In this document: positions 40,801 to 53,900 of the stretch, piece after piece
Layout of the letters: each line of letters opens with the position of its first letter
Numbering within the stretch: the stretch's first letter is position 1
Source of the DNA: Phoronis australis
Lineage: Eukaryota > Animalia > Phoronida
Assembly: GCA_002633005.1 (NCBI GenBank)
Contig: NMRA01000346.1
Span: 180,116 to 244,115, forward strand
Direction of reading: 5' to 3'
DNA: 64,000 bases
Program-made: the position numbers and the translations under genes
Notes under the pieces: generated by a model
The model's input: only the letters and a program-made list of their open reading frames with translations
Databases searched by the model: none
What the model was told of the DNA's origin: nothing

Positions 40801-43318
40801 ACAATTCTTTTCTCACGAACAGTATAGGTTCCCTGTAATATTGTACTCTCCCAAGAACTGGATCTCCGCAAACTGATTATGTAACGTGGGGCCCAGCGAG
40901 GTGAAGTAGCTGAATCGCATTTCCAACGTAGGCCACAAGAAAGGAATTTATTTCTAAACTTTTATGGAAAGTCCTGCACTGCAACTAATGTGACGAGTCA
41001 TCCAAAATACATCTCAAATCTTGTTAATAGGTGTTTGCCAGTTTTTGTCTATCAGAAAAATTTATCTGCAACTTTCAGGTACTGGGCTAAATACTTGCAG
41101 TAGTTCATCGCATTTTTTGTAGATGTCACTGCATTCTGAATTTTTTACTGAAGAATGTAATTGCATCAAACGGCACTAAAAGTCCAATAAATTATAATAT
41201 ATAAAGATGTATAATTTTGAATGACTTGACTAAGTTATTTATATCACGTGTGAGGGATCCATAACCTAAAACCTTTGTCTTTAAAAAGTAGAAATCTTTT
41301 GAAATTGTTTCAATAACGGTTTAACTAGTCATCTCAATAATCTCTATGATNTAGGGAGTTTGGGGGGGGGGGTGTATAGCCCCCACTTTTTCAGTGCTGC
41401 GCTGCCCATGTTTTTAGAATTAAAAATATTTTTAAACCAGTCAGGTTGCAAAATGATAATTGCCTATGAATTAAACAATTAATCTTTTGCTTCTGATATA
41501 ATCGTCAACTGGCAAAGGGATTATATGGCTCTTATGCAATTCGGTTGAAAAACGACGAAGTTGCAAAAAATTTCAATGACAGTAAATTCCATAGCATGGA
41601 CAAACACTGGAACATACGAATGCAAACGACTATCACGCATGCGCGGCGCATCCTAAACGTTCAAGAGATCGGAGTTTACATTCCAGGGTTAGATGTCTAT
41701 GGTGATAATGTGACGTTAGGAGGAATAGAAATTCAGTTTGAGAAAGGAACTGCGTGTCGCAGGAAAAGAATTACGTTAATAAGAAAAAAAAGCCATTATA
41801 GAGAACGCCAGAGCGGAACGCATGGGAAGATAGTTGTCTTCCCTGCCACAGTCGTGTGATAAGACACCGATGAATTACTTTATGTTGCCTCAAACCCATA
41901 AGTCGGAAGAATTCCTCACAAAGCACACAACAAAATTTACACTAAAATGGAGAAATTTTAATTAAGCGATTTGTCTTCCGCATTTTTCGTGCGATAAAAC
42001 ATCGATGGATTGCTTTATATACATGTAGCCCCGAAACTTCAAGTCAGAAGAATTCCTTCCATACCGCAGCTCAATTACACTCAAATGCACAAATCAAACA
42101 ATTTCATCAAAAATCATATATGTGATTCTTATCAGCCATGAAACTGTTTCCGTGTGCGGTGAATGTAAGTGTGTCAGCAATGGTCCCTGGCAAATGTGTG
42201 GGATCTGCCCAAGACTGGCAGTGCAAGATCAGTGAGAGAAATGGAGTTTGGAAATGCGGGCTATAAAAATGAAGATCATAGTTTATTCTTTCCGTTTCGA
42301 ATCATTAAAATGTGGTGAAGTTGCAAAAACGTTGGTTAAAAAGTACACTATTAGGATACTTTTCCGCAAAATTCAACCAAGATCAATCCATGTGCGTATG
42401 AAATTGACACCTACATTCAAAATATGCAAAAAATGCCTTCTGATTTACCTCACCTGAAACGTGATGGCCGAGGCATAATTGCTTATTTGGCTTGCCTTAT
42501 GTAACACGTCCTAATTTTTGTCATGTATGCAATGTTTCTGTTTCTGAAATTCGAAAATTGACATTTTTGAAAAGTGTGTCCAGGCTTTGCCGTGAATAGA
42601 TTGGACTATTTAAATACCTAATGTCAAAATTAAGGGAACCAAAACGTGACAATTGGACGATTTTAGGATCAGTGCCAAACCACCATCACAAACACTAAGT
42701 GCTTAAATTGAATGTGAAACTGCTATCCCTAAAGTGATTTTTACATTCTTTCGTGTCTTGTCGATTGACGATTTAGTGAGGAAATTTGTTCGTCTGGAGT
42801 CGAGAAATTGTCCTGGATTACGGGTGTACCTCACAGGAGTCACTTATTGCTTGCTCAATAGTCTAAAGCTTACCATGTGATTCTAGTCGCGCGCCTAAGG
42901 TTACTTTAACAGCGTTACGCCTTACCTCCACATGCACCGCGAGCGGCATAACCAGCAGCGCCACTCCCAGGTCGGCTATTGCTAGGGATACAATGAAGTA
43001 GTTCGTCATTGTTTGCAGTTGTTTTTCCTTCACCACGCTGAGCACGACCAATATGTTGCCGAACAGTGTAAACAGTGGGAAAAGAACAAGAACGTAGGCC
43101 CAATACTTGGGAGGTCCCACGGAATTATCAGTTGAGTTCCCACCGAAAACCGTTTCATTTTCACCGCTCCCGCAAGTACCGTATGTACAGTTTCCGCTAG
43201 TGTTTGTCGTCATCAAGTCGATTACTGTAAAAGCACTGTTTGGTTTACTTGTAGAGTTCATTAAATCACCGTCAAAAATCTCCAACGGAGCTGTGTTCAA
43301 GAACTCCATGGACGTCAT
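28671..43318 (-). CDS. Dop2R: D2-like dopamine receptor (class A aminergic GPCR); complement(join(28671..28897,30367..31214,31644..31759,42926..43318)), 527 aa
   Basis: GT-AG introns join in frame (393+116+848+227=1584 nt). Motifs: TM1 GN, TM2 SLAIADL, TM3 Asp in [18 protein letters not shown]5 serines [11 protein letters not shown], long ICL3 ending [25 protein letters not shown], and a very short C-tail ending in Cys (HPCK). These are D2-type, Gi/o-coupled hallmarks. Confidence 0.93.
30367..31214 (-). CDS. Dop2R: Dop2R coding exon 3 (TM4-TM5-ICL3-start of TM6)
   Basis: Acceptor ttgatttcag completes DRF. Open frame runs to KTLAIVL, donor G|gtgagt. Confidence 0.93.
31361..31513 (+). mobile_element. 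Short GC-rich MITE in Dop2R intron, 5-bp TSD GTTAA
   Basis: catgggcggatcc...aaatccgccactg, with GTTAA at 31356-31360 and 31514-31518. Confidence 0.75.
31644..31759 (-). CDS. Dop2R: Dop2R coding exon 2 (ECL1-TM3), absent from the ORF track
   Basis: Acceptor ttattcgtttcag, [38 protein letters not shown](R), donor AG|gtagag. Confidence 0.93.
32792..33505. mobile_element. Fold-back MITE with ~320-bp inverted arms and 6-bp TSD
   Basis: 32792-33111 is the reverse complement of 33189-33505, apart from SNPs and small indels. Termini are CCACAG...CTGTGG, with TAGTAT at both flanks. Confidence 0.8.
34614..34963. other. Assembly gap
   Basis: Run of N. Confidence 1.
34964..35578 (-). mobile_element. 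DNA transposon end carrying a truncated THAP-domain ORF
   Basis: From ATG 35471: [48 protein letters not shown], a THAP N-terminus (CxxxC, FP, W). The C-terminal CxxH is degenerate. Abuts an assembly gap. Confidence 0.65.
35763..35875 (+). repeat. Dispersed ~130-150-bp MITE family (core ctcgcgagatatcgccatg...agcacgtgatcacact)
   Basis: Related copies at ~15950-16075 (-), ~27630-27745, ~37420-37572, ~44050-44130 and ~57165-57312, plus a right end at 59663-59695. Termini are CWG-gcgtgcgttcagtag-like. Confidence 0.7.
37947..38379. mobile_element. PIF/Harbinger-type MITE
   Basis: ~55-bp TIRs (ccggttgcatgaaacagtcc...agggact..ctaagttccct) flanked by CTG on both sides. Confidence 0.7.
39584..39653 (-). 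mobile_element. Short GC-rich MITE, 5-bp TSD CCCAT
   Basis: cagtggcggattt...ggatccgcccctg, with CCCAT at both flanks. Confidence 0.7.
42926..43318 (-). CDS. Dop2R: Dop2R coding exon 1 (N-terminus, TM1-TM2)
   Basis: ATG at 43318 (alternative at 43309), five N-glycosylation sequons, donor GAG|gtaagg at 42925. Confidence 0.92.
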
Positions 43319-45774
43319 CGTGAGTGCGACGTGGATCTTCCACGTCTGAATAAGCAACAGCAAAACACTTCTGAGATAGTCGCGAAACTATATAACATCT
43401 TCTATGTTGACATTGGGGTAGAGTCACGTGGTCGAGGACGCTACCCGTGACAAACTGCCCCTGGTTAATGGCGTCATTAAACAACTGTCGCTAGTCTTGG
43501 CAACATGTCTTCTCCGAGCGTGGATCGAGTTTCATATAACCGTTATCCAATCAATTCCTTCACAGATTGAGCTAAAACATGACAGCCGTGAAAAGATGTT
43601 GCGACAAAAAGATAATCGTATCATTTACGCTTGCTGTGCTCAATCCAGAAAAGCTAATTTTGTTATACAGGCGGAAATTATATTAATTAAACAGGTTGTT
43701 TTCGTTGCTACAGTCTAAACTCGTCAGAACTACGAAACGGTGTTTTTCTTCTCTTCTTCCATGTCAATAGTGCATTGGTAGATTCTGTTCAGATTCATGA
43801 ATTTTTCATTCGAGTGTCACTCACGCGGCTTTTGAGAAAGATGATTATCCTCGGAAGGCGTTTGTTCTTGCTTAATAATCGTGAGTCAGCTGAAGAACCT
43901 TTTAATCTGGAATAAACGAGAAAGTCATTAATTTAATGTCTGCACCCGACAACACGTCATATTGCGTTTATGCACTAGAAGTGCTGAGTCTGAAGCTATA
44001 GTAATTCAAGTTGCCATGTCTGCGGTACATATGGCTAATTTCTTGTGAGTTTGGCGAGATCTCGCAAGTCTCAGCGAATCATCGCCATCCATTAGAAGTT
44101 GAGCACGTGGCTTCACTAGCTTTGCCTCCCATTTTTTTGCGATGGAAGACGGGCCCAACGGGACTCATAATGTCGCAGAACCAGACAATTCATAGCTGGT
44201 GACTTATGTACGTCTCGTAAAATGCAGTTCCAACCATTGACGACTTCGGTTTGTGATTTGCGCAATATTCGACACCCAGGCCATCTGCTGACTGGAAATG
44301 CACGGAAACATTCTTAGATCTCATTTGTTGGTTTCATTGTGCTTTGCAGGATCGGCATCCCACAACCCATTGTAATGTGAAGTATATGTCTATCTGTAAA
44401 AAGGTCAATGAACCACTTCCAGAGATTTCTTATGATATTAAACGCCGGAAGAAGTCTCTGTTGCTTGCTTTTGTATCTTCTGAGGAGTTTTATAGCAGTA
44501 TTCAGCTAAAACATTTCCACACTGGAACGATGCACGAAGTTTCGCGACGGCCATCGAATTACTAATATAAAACATTAGTCACGCTTGGGAATTTTGCTTA
44601 CTTTCCAAGAGTTTTCAGACTTAAAAGGCGAAGATAGCAGAGAATTATTTTGTTTCAATGATTTTAGTGGTAAAGTTAATTCACGCACCTGTTAGCAGCC
44701 TAAAATAGCGTTTAAAATCCTCTTAATTAATCTAATATCACCAGTTACGGTTGGACATTAAATCAGGATTTTGCAAGACGCCAAACGACGAGTTTTAATG
44801 CTAATAAATTAATCACGACCGCTAATTGCTGTGTTTGAATCGTGCAGACACGCGTAGCAAAGGGAAAACGTCAACAAGTCAAACCGAGTGTCGCATATTT
44901 TCTTGAAGGTTCATCAAGCATATCACATCATTATCTTATCTCAAACTTTCAATTTTTTGGTGTTATAATATATCACTTATCTGAGAACAGTACGTTTTTA
45001 GAGCTTCTAGTTGCGAGGGGCGCTGGTATACCACCATAGGGATAGACAACCAACGACATCGTGCGAGTCCACTCAAAATGTAGTTCGGATTACACTAGTT
45101 TTAAGTTGAGAAATTGATATCGTGACGATTCACACCAAAACGTACGTATTTGCATTCTCAAACGTTGAATTCGTAATCATAAAAAAGCTTTTCAGAACAA
45201 ACAATCCAATTTGTTGTGTTCAGTTTGTGAGCATAGGTAAATCAAGTAATACAAGAGAGCATGATTGTTGAAGGGCCTTAACCCTTCACCAATATGTTCC
45301 ATTGTTTGATAATAAGCTCTACACGTATGCATCTTCGGCTGTACTTCTCTGGCTCAGCCGACTAACGCATCTAGTTGGTTCTCGATGACGACTTTCGCCT
45401 TACAGACCAATTAGTTTGATTAATCGGCTGGACCAAACTCCGGGGATGCACGAAAAAACGACATCACGCTTTTTAGTTCTTGTATATTAGGCCAAGTGAC
45501 AACAAAAAAATAGGAACGTTTGTTGACTGCTCTGTCAAATTGGCTAGTAAATTCAGTGAAAAAAAATTGCCGAGATTGGATGTTGTCTTTAAGGAGGAGC
45601 CGGACAAAAGATACGATTAAGTTTGAAGGCGTGCAGGAGCACGTGCAGTCGATGAATAAATGTTTGAAAGTTCCCCTTTTACGTCGAGTAATATTACACC
45701 CATGTAATACGTCTCAGACATTGAGCACACTAGCTCACAAATTACTTTTACACATTTTTCATCTCTCCTAATAG

Positions 45775-45850
45775 TGCTCGTGTCGTGGCTTAGCGGTAAC
45801 ATGTGCGCTTGCAAATTGTGAAACCAGAGTTCGAATCCCTCGCAAGCCAA
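45775..45850 (+). mobile_element. Degenerate tRNA-derived SINE head
   Basis: A box TGGCTTAGCGG and B box GTTCGAATCC with tRNA-like spacing. The stems are decayed. Confidence 0.5.
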
Positions 45851-45952
45851 GATTAGAATTGACCGCCAAAACGATGTGTCACCCTGTGACATAACTGAAA
45901 TGGTTAATTCATGGTCATATGTCAAGAAAAATCCCAATAAGTGAGATATAAA

Positions 45953-46795
45953 TATAGATTATTACATGTTCTCAGTCGTTGGCCCCCGTATTGTAGAGCC
46001 CGAGTGAATTTTGGAGAAACATTGCAAAGAATCTATCTACTTTTCTCGACTCGCCACGGCTTTGTATCTACTTTCTGTGTCATAGGGCCAGGGTCGGAGG
46101 TCGTGACCCTTTAGAAAACTACTTATACCAAACTATCAGCCTCGAATGGCCACCGCGTAACAACCCATTTACTAAACAATCGCACGTTCAACAAAGAGCA
46201 TTGTACCGACATTTATACGCCATGAAAAATAAGATGCATCATTTCGATAAAAAACGATATTTTAATTCAGTGAAAATTTTCTCTCACTTGTAAATCACCG
46301 ATCTCCAATTTGAATGCGGGTATCGTGTCGTCGAGATCCTTTGACTTGAGAATACTCAGTTACCAGTGGTAACCTACATGTACTTTAGCAGACGATATTT
46401 TCTCGGTCGAAGCTGAGCGTGATAAAATGTGTAGTAAGCTATAACAGTTGCTAAGCCTAATTCATAGATTCACTTTATTTCTATTTTGTTTAAATTTTCA
46501 TTTGGTTTTGAGTAAAAGCATTATTTGACAAAAATAGCTCGGCTTTTCTTAAAAGGTCACGAACTCCGACCCGGCCTCTGACATAGAAAGTAGTTATAAA
46601 GCCAAGGCGAGTCGAGAAAGGTAGATCGATTCATTGCAATGTTTCTCGTTCAGTATGTGGTATATATAGATTATTGCATGTTCTCAGTCGTAATCCCCCT
46701 TATCTAGAGCCATCGTGGATTTTGGAGAATTCTCCAAAATCCACTTGGGCTCTAGAATACGGAGAATAACGACTTCGCCATGTAATAATCTATAT
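45953..46795. mobile_element. MITE with long TIRs and a duplicated terminal hairpin
   Basis: 46012-46118 is inverted at 46543-46647. The left terminal segment atatagattattacatg... recurs at 46664 and is immediately followed by its reverse complement to 46795. Confidence 0.65.
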
Positions 46796-47199
46796 TTACA
46801 AGTGTGCACGACTGACACTTCAGTTTTTTATTCTAAAGGTCGTATTGTCCACACGTCAGTTAATATCTTTCCAGTGCTCGTTCGATTGTAATTTTCTTTT
46901 ATGATGTTGTATTTTTGTAGGTACACCTTTCACTTCTTGGTGTAACAATCCATATTTTACATTCGCCTGATCGTTTTTTGTTTTTGTAGAATTATTCATG
47001 TTTTATCTGGGCCCCAGGGAAGGCAGTGGTCGCTTATTTCTCCCATTGAGCGGGATCATTCAATGTCATTTGATCTAATATTCGTCGATGTCCGTATGAT
47101 GTTACCGTGAACATTTAATAGATAATAAACTGTTTTGTTCAACTACATGTACCAATATCATTCGATATGATATTCGACTATTACTTTATACTTGCGACA

Positions 47200-47344
47200 T
47201 ATATACTGTACATACATGCACGCATGCATAGGTGCATACATGTACATACAAACACACACACATACATAGATACATACATACATACATACATACATACATG
47301 CAAACAAACAAACAAACAAACAAACAAACAAACATACATACACA
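47200..47344 (+). repeat. Compound (CATA)n/(CAAA)n microsatellite
   Basis: Direct inspection. Confidence 0.95.
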
Positions 47345-50300
47345 AGACCAGCGCTATGTTCCTCAGACGCAAGAATTTCGGATGTAAAGCTGATATGATC
47401 CCGTGGTCCACTATTGCTACATAACATCTCGCCACGTCTTCTCAGATCTTGCGTTTTCTCAAGTTCCTTTTTGGGTTTACGGAACGCAAACCAGCTTTCT
47501 CAAGAAATTCCAGAGTGCAAACCTTGTATTATAGAATATGTTGAACTGTTTGATAGCCCCAAAGCAGTATACATACTCACCGAAGTCTTAGGAATCGCTG
47601 CTATTACAAATTTTATTTACTTCATTGATTCGAAAAAAATATTTTAAATCTTTATTAGTCATTAAGTTTGATTGGCATTTCTCTTTTTGTGATCTTGATA
47701 TTTTGTAGATGAGGTTTATAGACTTTCAAAGTCAGGTGAATTCTGTTGTTTTTAATTCACTATGCACTTTTGTAATGATTGGTCGTCATACACGGAGACC
47801 AGCTTAATGTTGAGATTGCTTTAGTGAACCTGGAAGTCCACTTTTACCGGACCAATTTCGGAACATGTCCTGCTGCATTACTTCTGCAATAAACAAAGCT
47901 TAATTTCCACAAAAATCACACCAGCAAATGCGATTGGGAATAATGAAAAGTCTCTCGCTTGAGTTATAAAGCAAACTTTATGGATTGCCGGTGACGAGCA
48001 CACATAACGCCATGCACGATTGGGAAAAGGTGAGGAAATGCGGAATATTATTATCAGTCAAAAGTGGGTTAGTGACCCATCGGATTGAAAAATGTGAGTT
48101 TCAAGTTTGGTGTCCACAGACCTACTACGTGCAAAGGACGGTCTCTGCACAGGTAGGAATTTTAATCTTTGGTGAGCACTATATGCTTGGTTTTTAGTCC
48201 TAGAAAATAATTTGAGGATCACAAAATATTTTAGAAAATAAACGCGGGTAAGTTTTGGAGGGGAAAATGTTACTCAACCTATTCAATTATGCAACAATGT
48301 ACATGTACAATAATTTTGAAAATAATCTGGACAGACTTCGTCCAACTACTACCGGCTTTTTGTCAGAGTTATTCAGCACTTAAGTCGCCGCAGTGAAACA
48401 TTATTGTCGAACGTAACTCTGAGTTTAATATGACGCTATTTCTACAAAACACTAATTGATTATTTCGAATGTTTGGTACTGTAAGGTTTGTTGTCGTGAT
48501 TTCGACAGAATTTCGTGAAAATACACCTGGCCATGGGTTGCCGAGATTTAGACAAAAATTAAACAGGATTGCATCTAAATTTTATCGAATGTCGACTTTG
48601 TGTTATTGAAAACTACTGTAGTATGCAAATGGTGTTAATAAACTTGAACAACTCTATGCATACTACATATTGCTGCGATGTTACTAGTAATACTCGTGAT
48701 ATCGATTATAAAGTTTATTAGTTTCTCCAAAGTGAACGTCTCATTGAACCAGTTATTGTTTTTATCAAACGTATAGAAACAAGGGCGCATTATTGGCTAG
48801 AGGCAATAGAATCCCGTGGTGGCCAACTTGCTGACGTCAGATGGAAATTTTGCAATCTTGTGATCGCGGAACCGAGCTACACTAAACATGAAAACCCTGA
48901 GGCACATTGCCGTTTATTTGTTTTTCAATATTAATATATAGGAAAAACAGCAAAAATCAACAGTAACGATAAGTATGATGACAATAAAAACGTTACCATG
49001 ACAACCATAACAGTGCTAAAAGAAAATCAGTAATGATTACAAAATGATTATAATAGCAATACCAACCCCAGAATCACTACAATTTCGTAGTTACACGACT
49101 AATGACGGTATTATAGGTACTGATGCTTTTGTCAGTATTGATGGTAGTATTACTTGTTTTCTTATTGTCGGAATTGAAGAGCATTTACTAAATAAGTACT
49201 TAAAGCTCTGCAAGGTATGATCTGATGCACAGTTCGAGAGCGCATTAATAGTAGTTGACAAACGCTCAACAACTGGTACCCGTTCATTCATTTAGCAAAA
49301 AATTAAATCGACTTCGCGCTACCAGATAATCGCCAAAGTAAGGCTAATACCAACAAATATAAAAGGAAACTCATTAAATCGTTGACAGGCAATTCGCAAA
49401 CGACAAACCATCCTACTCGCAGAAACGGGCACGTACACTTCGAAGGTCGTTAAGCCGTCATCTTGTAAAGCCTGTGGGATTTGACTCGTATGAATGATGT
49501 TGGTACATGTATTACCGATCCAAAACGTGTAAGGTTGTCCATGTGAACACTTTGAACGAACATTTGATTATTGAATCCAAACGGGTGCAGTTATATTTTG
49601 ATCTTCTCATCACAAAATTCGCCTTTTGAAGTTTCTCACGAACGCCACCTTTAAACATCGTTTTGAGGCACTTTACTCAATTAAGAGCGTGTACATTCCA
49701 AAAGGCACCATTTATATTTAATACTTTTTCTTTTTATCATGGAAATCGACTGAGAGTATCGGGAGCTACTGGGAGCAAGAAAATCTAATTTTCGTTTAGT
49801 TGATAATTAAGATAAAAACAAACTTAGCATAAACTTGTAATATAGCTCACTAGAGAAAATACGTCGATAAACGACGGAAAGCTTCTTATCGTTATCTTTT
49901 TCCAAACAAGTGGTCTCTTGCGACCAGTAAGTCCAAGATACTAATTACTCCACAAGAAAAGAGTATTAATTATTAACAGCACGTCTATTCATCAGAGCAT
50001 AGATCTAAAAGATTACGCAACCTCTATGGAGGCACGTGAGAATCAAACTGATGGCTGTTGCGCAGATAAACAAAAATCTTGTTAACATTCAGCATAGTGT
50101 CATGCCCTATTTTGTTTCATTAGTTATTTTCACGAAGGCCTCGTTCCAGTAGTCGGCTTCGTACAAGCCGAAAACACAGCCAGGTTTCTGACTGTGTTGA
50201 TTTCTTGATTTGAAGGTCGCGTGAGTTGGCTAAGCTGATAGATATGGCTTCGTTTACTACAAACTAACATGAGAGCAGAATACAGTATGCGGACACTGAG

Positions 50301-51169
50301 ATTATAAATATGTTGGCATAAAAATGACATTCCAAGTAAAAGCGAAATGTTGTGGCGAGGGGACCAAGCTGTGTCCATGCTGGGAGCACCAGACTTGAGT
50401 TCGTTTCTTAAGTTACTCGGTGTCATTTCCATGCATGACATGTCAAGAGTCAGAATAGATGGAAGCCGTCATGACTAAGCTGTGGTTCTAATCAACTTCC
50501 ATGGCAAAAACTCGCCGAAACGATAGATGACGTGGCTGTTTAGGCCAAAAACTTGAACTGAGGTTGCAAAATTTTGTTAAGGGGGCGTGGCTTAGTCCGA
50601 GAATAAAGATATTCTCCTGTTTTAGTTAAACACGGGTTTTAATAAAAGTTACTTCTGTGGCCCAGATAATGTTCCTTCAAGAGAAATCCAAATATTTTCA
50701 AACTTAACTGAATTTAATATGAGTACTTTAGTTTAATTTTATTTTGGTGGTGCACCACCACTTAAAGTTGGCGCCGTAGCGAGTGACAGCTGACTCAAGC
50801 ATTATGGGTATTCGTTACTCAATGAACTGTCCCCATATGTAATGAGGTATTCGCGGAAACCTCCTTCACTTAGAAATGACTGTAAAGAAGTCAAACGCAA
50901 AACCGAGTTGTGGAAGATTTTGAGAAAGCAACTAGCGTTTCGTCTTTAACGAGCAAAATCATTAAAACAATCGCAAAATCCCTCAAGCCGACCGGTAGAC
51001 TTACTGAGGGTGAGTAGTGAAATTAGAGCAGAGTGTCTGTTAAAAAGGGACTGTGGCGTGTACACTTTTTTGGCCTAATTTGTTTCGCAAAATTCCAACA
51101 CCACTGTCCTACTATTGTTATTATTATTACTTGTCGTCTACGGGTAAGTCAATATAGACATATATAAAA

Positions 51170-51174
51170 ACGCA

Positions 51175-51227
<53 letters not shown>

Positions 51228-51243
51228 GCACGCACACACACAT
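51170..51243 (+). repeat. (CACG)n/(CA)n microsatellite
   Basis: Direct inspection. Confidence 0.95.
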
Positions 51244-53530
51244 ATGTATAAGTATAAAGGTTTACAAACACAAATATGTCATAGACACTCGTTTAACGCA
51301 AGTCCAAGTGTTAGCATTCAATGATGCCAACACTTGGTTAAAACGCCGCTAATGCTACTAACTGATGAGCACACATGAAATTTCCGAAAGACAACTCCAG
51401 TCTTCGGCTATGGATTTTCAGACACTAGCTGCAAACCCTCATTTAACCAATAGGTAGCGCAACGTAACAATTGTATTTTGCGTTTTCAATGGGGGCAAAA
51501 GTAACAATAAAGAAGACAAGGAATGATGACAGTTATAGTATGACGACAATGACGGCGGTCATGACAATGATATTTAATGTCATTCGTTACCCGTAATTAC
51601 GTTACTAGGAATGTCAATCCTAACTCAACGTGTGTGAGTCTTCACTATACAATTTTATTTACTGTCGATAAGAGACACAGCAAGGCACGCTACATTTTGA
51701 CTGCCCATCCACACGTCACAGATCCGCTGTCTACGAATAGAATGAACACCTGTGCATTATTTCACCTCAAAGTGTATTTCTGACCACAGAATCTTGACTC
51801 TTCTACCGTCCTCTGATAGCAAATCCAAACTCACTATTACGTGGCCAAAATGAGTGTTTTCAGCCAAAAACCACCACTTCCCAGCTGTTGACCATGACTT
51901 CTGAAGTCTTATTCTCCTCATTTTCCAAAACTGGACCAAAAGGAGGAAGACCAGTAAGATTGCGATCTTGAACAGTTTGAGGCTATCTGAACTCTGATCC
52001 CTCAACCTGCAGGACACACTGTTCAAATGCCGTAGGAGCCAATTACTTTAGAGAAAAGAAAAATATACAACCACATAAATGTCCACATGCACGAGCGAAT
52101 CAGATTCAGTGAACCTACATGTACTTCCAGTTGCAACCTTCATAACTGCCACCAAACCAGTCATGCTCCCGTATTTAATTTCTTGTGAGGGTACACTAAT
52201 TTTGGTTATAGCCTAATGTTAAAGTATCAACAACGCAGAGGTAAGGTCCTTGAAGAATTTTGCTCTCCATGTTAGGTTGGGTTGGGGGGGGAGGTTGAGC
52301 AACTTAAAATTTCACCTTCTCAATATCTAAACACAAACGAAAAAATGAGCCGAGTCACATAGCTCATGAAATAGGTCTCATAATAAGTCTTGCAATTATA
52401 AAAGTTTCTGATACCAACAGGAACATCAAAACTGTTAGCGACTTAATTAGAATACTCTTGCGAATATATACACATAGAGAGACCAGTCCTAAAACGGCAA
52501 ATTTGAAAAAGGGCGCATGAACTCGGTGCTTGTGACTTGAGTCTCCGGCACATTCCGCAACAAATACTAGTAGCGATCGGATATGTGTAATAATGAGTTT
52601 TAGTCACGGCCAATGAGCTTCGATTCCACGAAAGCGACAAAATGCGTTTCTGATGTTATAGACGAGTTTTGACAGGACGCGTAGCGTTGGACTATTTGGT
52701 CAAATATGGATCCTTGCGAATTTTTCACCCAAAAGGTATCAATGATTTATGATGTGCTCCCAGGACTGCCGTTTTTGAAACCAAAAAAGTGAAACGATGA
52801 GAAAGGCGAAGAGCAGCAATGTGGCTCTCATGGTTCACAAAGGTTCAATACTTGACATTGGGTCTAACTTCAACATCTAAATTGATCTAAATTTAGTTAT
52901 CTCAGTGCGATGACAAAATAACACATGTCGTTGTTGTCAAAAGGCATAATTTGAATCACACATAACGAATTAATTACACAACACAGCTTGAGATATAATT
53001 GCATGGAACTAAAGATTTATCGGGTATTAAATTTGTTATTTGGGTGTGAAATGTCACGTCGTGACGGCGCCTTTAGGAACTGGCAAAAAGACTTAATATG
53101 TACATGTATTCATTGTGCTTGTCGATGACTTGGATGATTACTAAGACCTTTAGCAATAAACAATCGTAAGATACGTGCAGCAATAAATGAGACGAGTGTC
53201 TTCATCACTGACATCTTCATGATCAATGTTAGCAACCTTTCACAACACAACAGCAATAACGACACTGATGACAATAAGTTGAAGCCTTCAAATGCCTAAA
53301 AAGTTCCTTCCTCGATTTAACTGAACCCTGCCGTTGGGGCAGAAAAACGTTTTGTATAATTGACCTAGTTTTCAAAATATGAGGAGCCCCAAGAGTTGAA
53401 CAAGTGTAAAAAAATATATTGCTCATCCAATATTGACATTTACCGTACATGTATTTGTTAGTTTGGTGTTGTCAACATTGCATGTCAAAGTAAACTGATA
53501 CACAATAATGAATTACAAACTGTACATAAT

Positions 53531-53900
53531 CACGGGTGAGAAACAACATGACCGCCGGNNNNNNNNNNNNNNNNNNNNNNNNNNNNNNNNNNNNNNNNNN
53601 NNNNNNNNNNNNNNNNNNNNNNNNNNNNNNNNNNNNNNNNNNNNNNNNNNNNNNNNNNNNNNNNNNNNNNNNNNNNNNNNNNNNNNNNNNNNNNNNNNNN
53701 NNNNNNNNNNNNNNNNNNNNNNNNNNNNNNNNNNNNNNNNNNNNNNNNNNNNNNNNNNNNNNNNNNNNNNNNNNNNNNNNNNNNNNNNNNNNNNNNNNNN
53801 NNNNNNNNNNNNNNNNNNNNNNNNNNNNNNNNNNNNGTCCTGTTTTGGGTGAGGCGGTCCGATTTAAGAGGACCGGCGGTCATGTTGTTTCTCACCCGTG
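53531..53900. mobile_element. Transib-like element with an unresolved interior (N gap)
   Basis: Perfect TIR of at least 28 bp, CACGGGTGAGAAACAACATGACCGCCGG. CAC...GTG termini and 5-bp TSD ATAAT (53526-53530, 53901-53905). Confidence 0.7.
53559..53836. other. Assembly gap
   Basis: Run of N. Confidence 1.
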
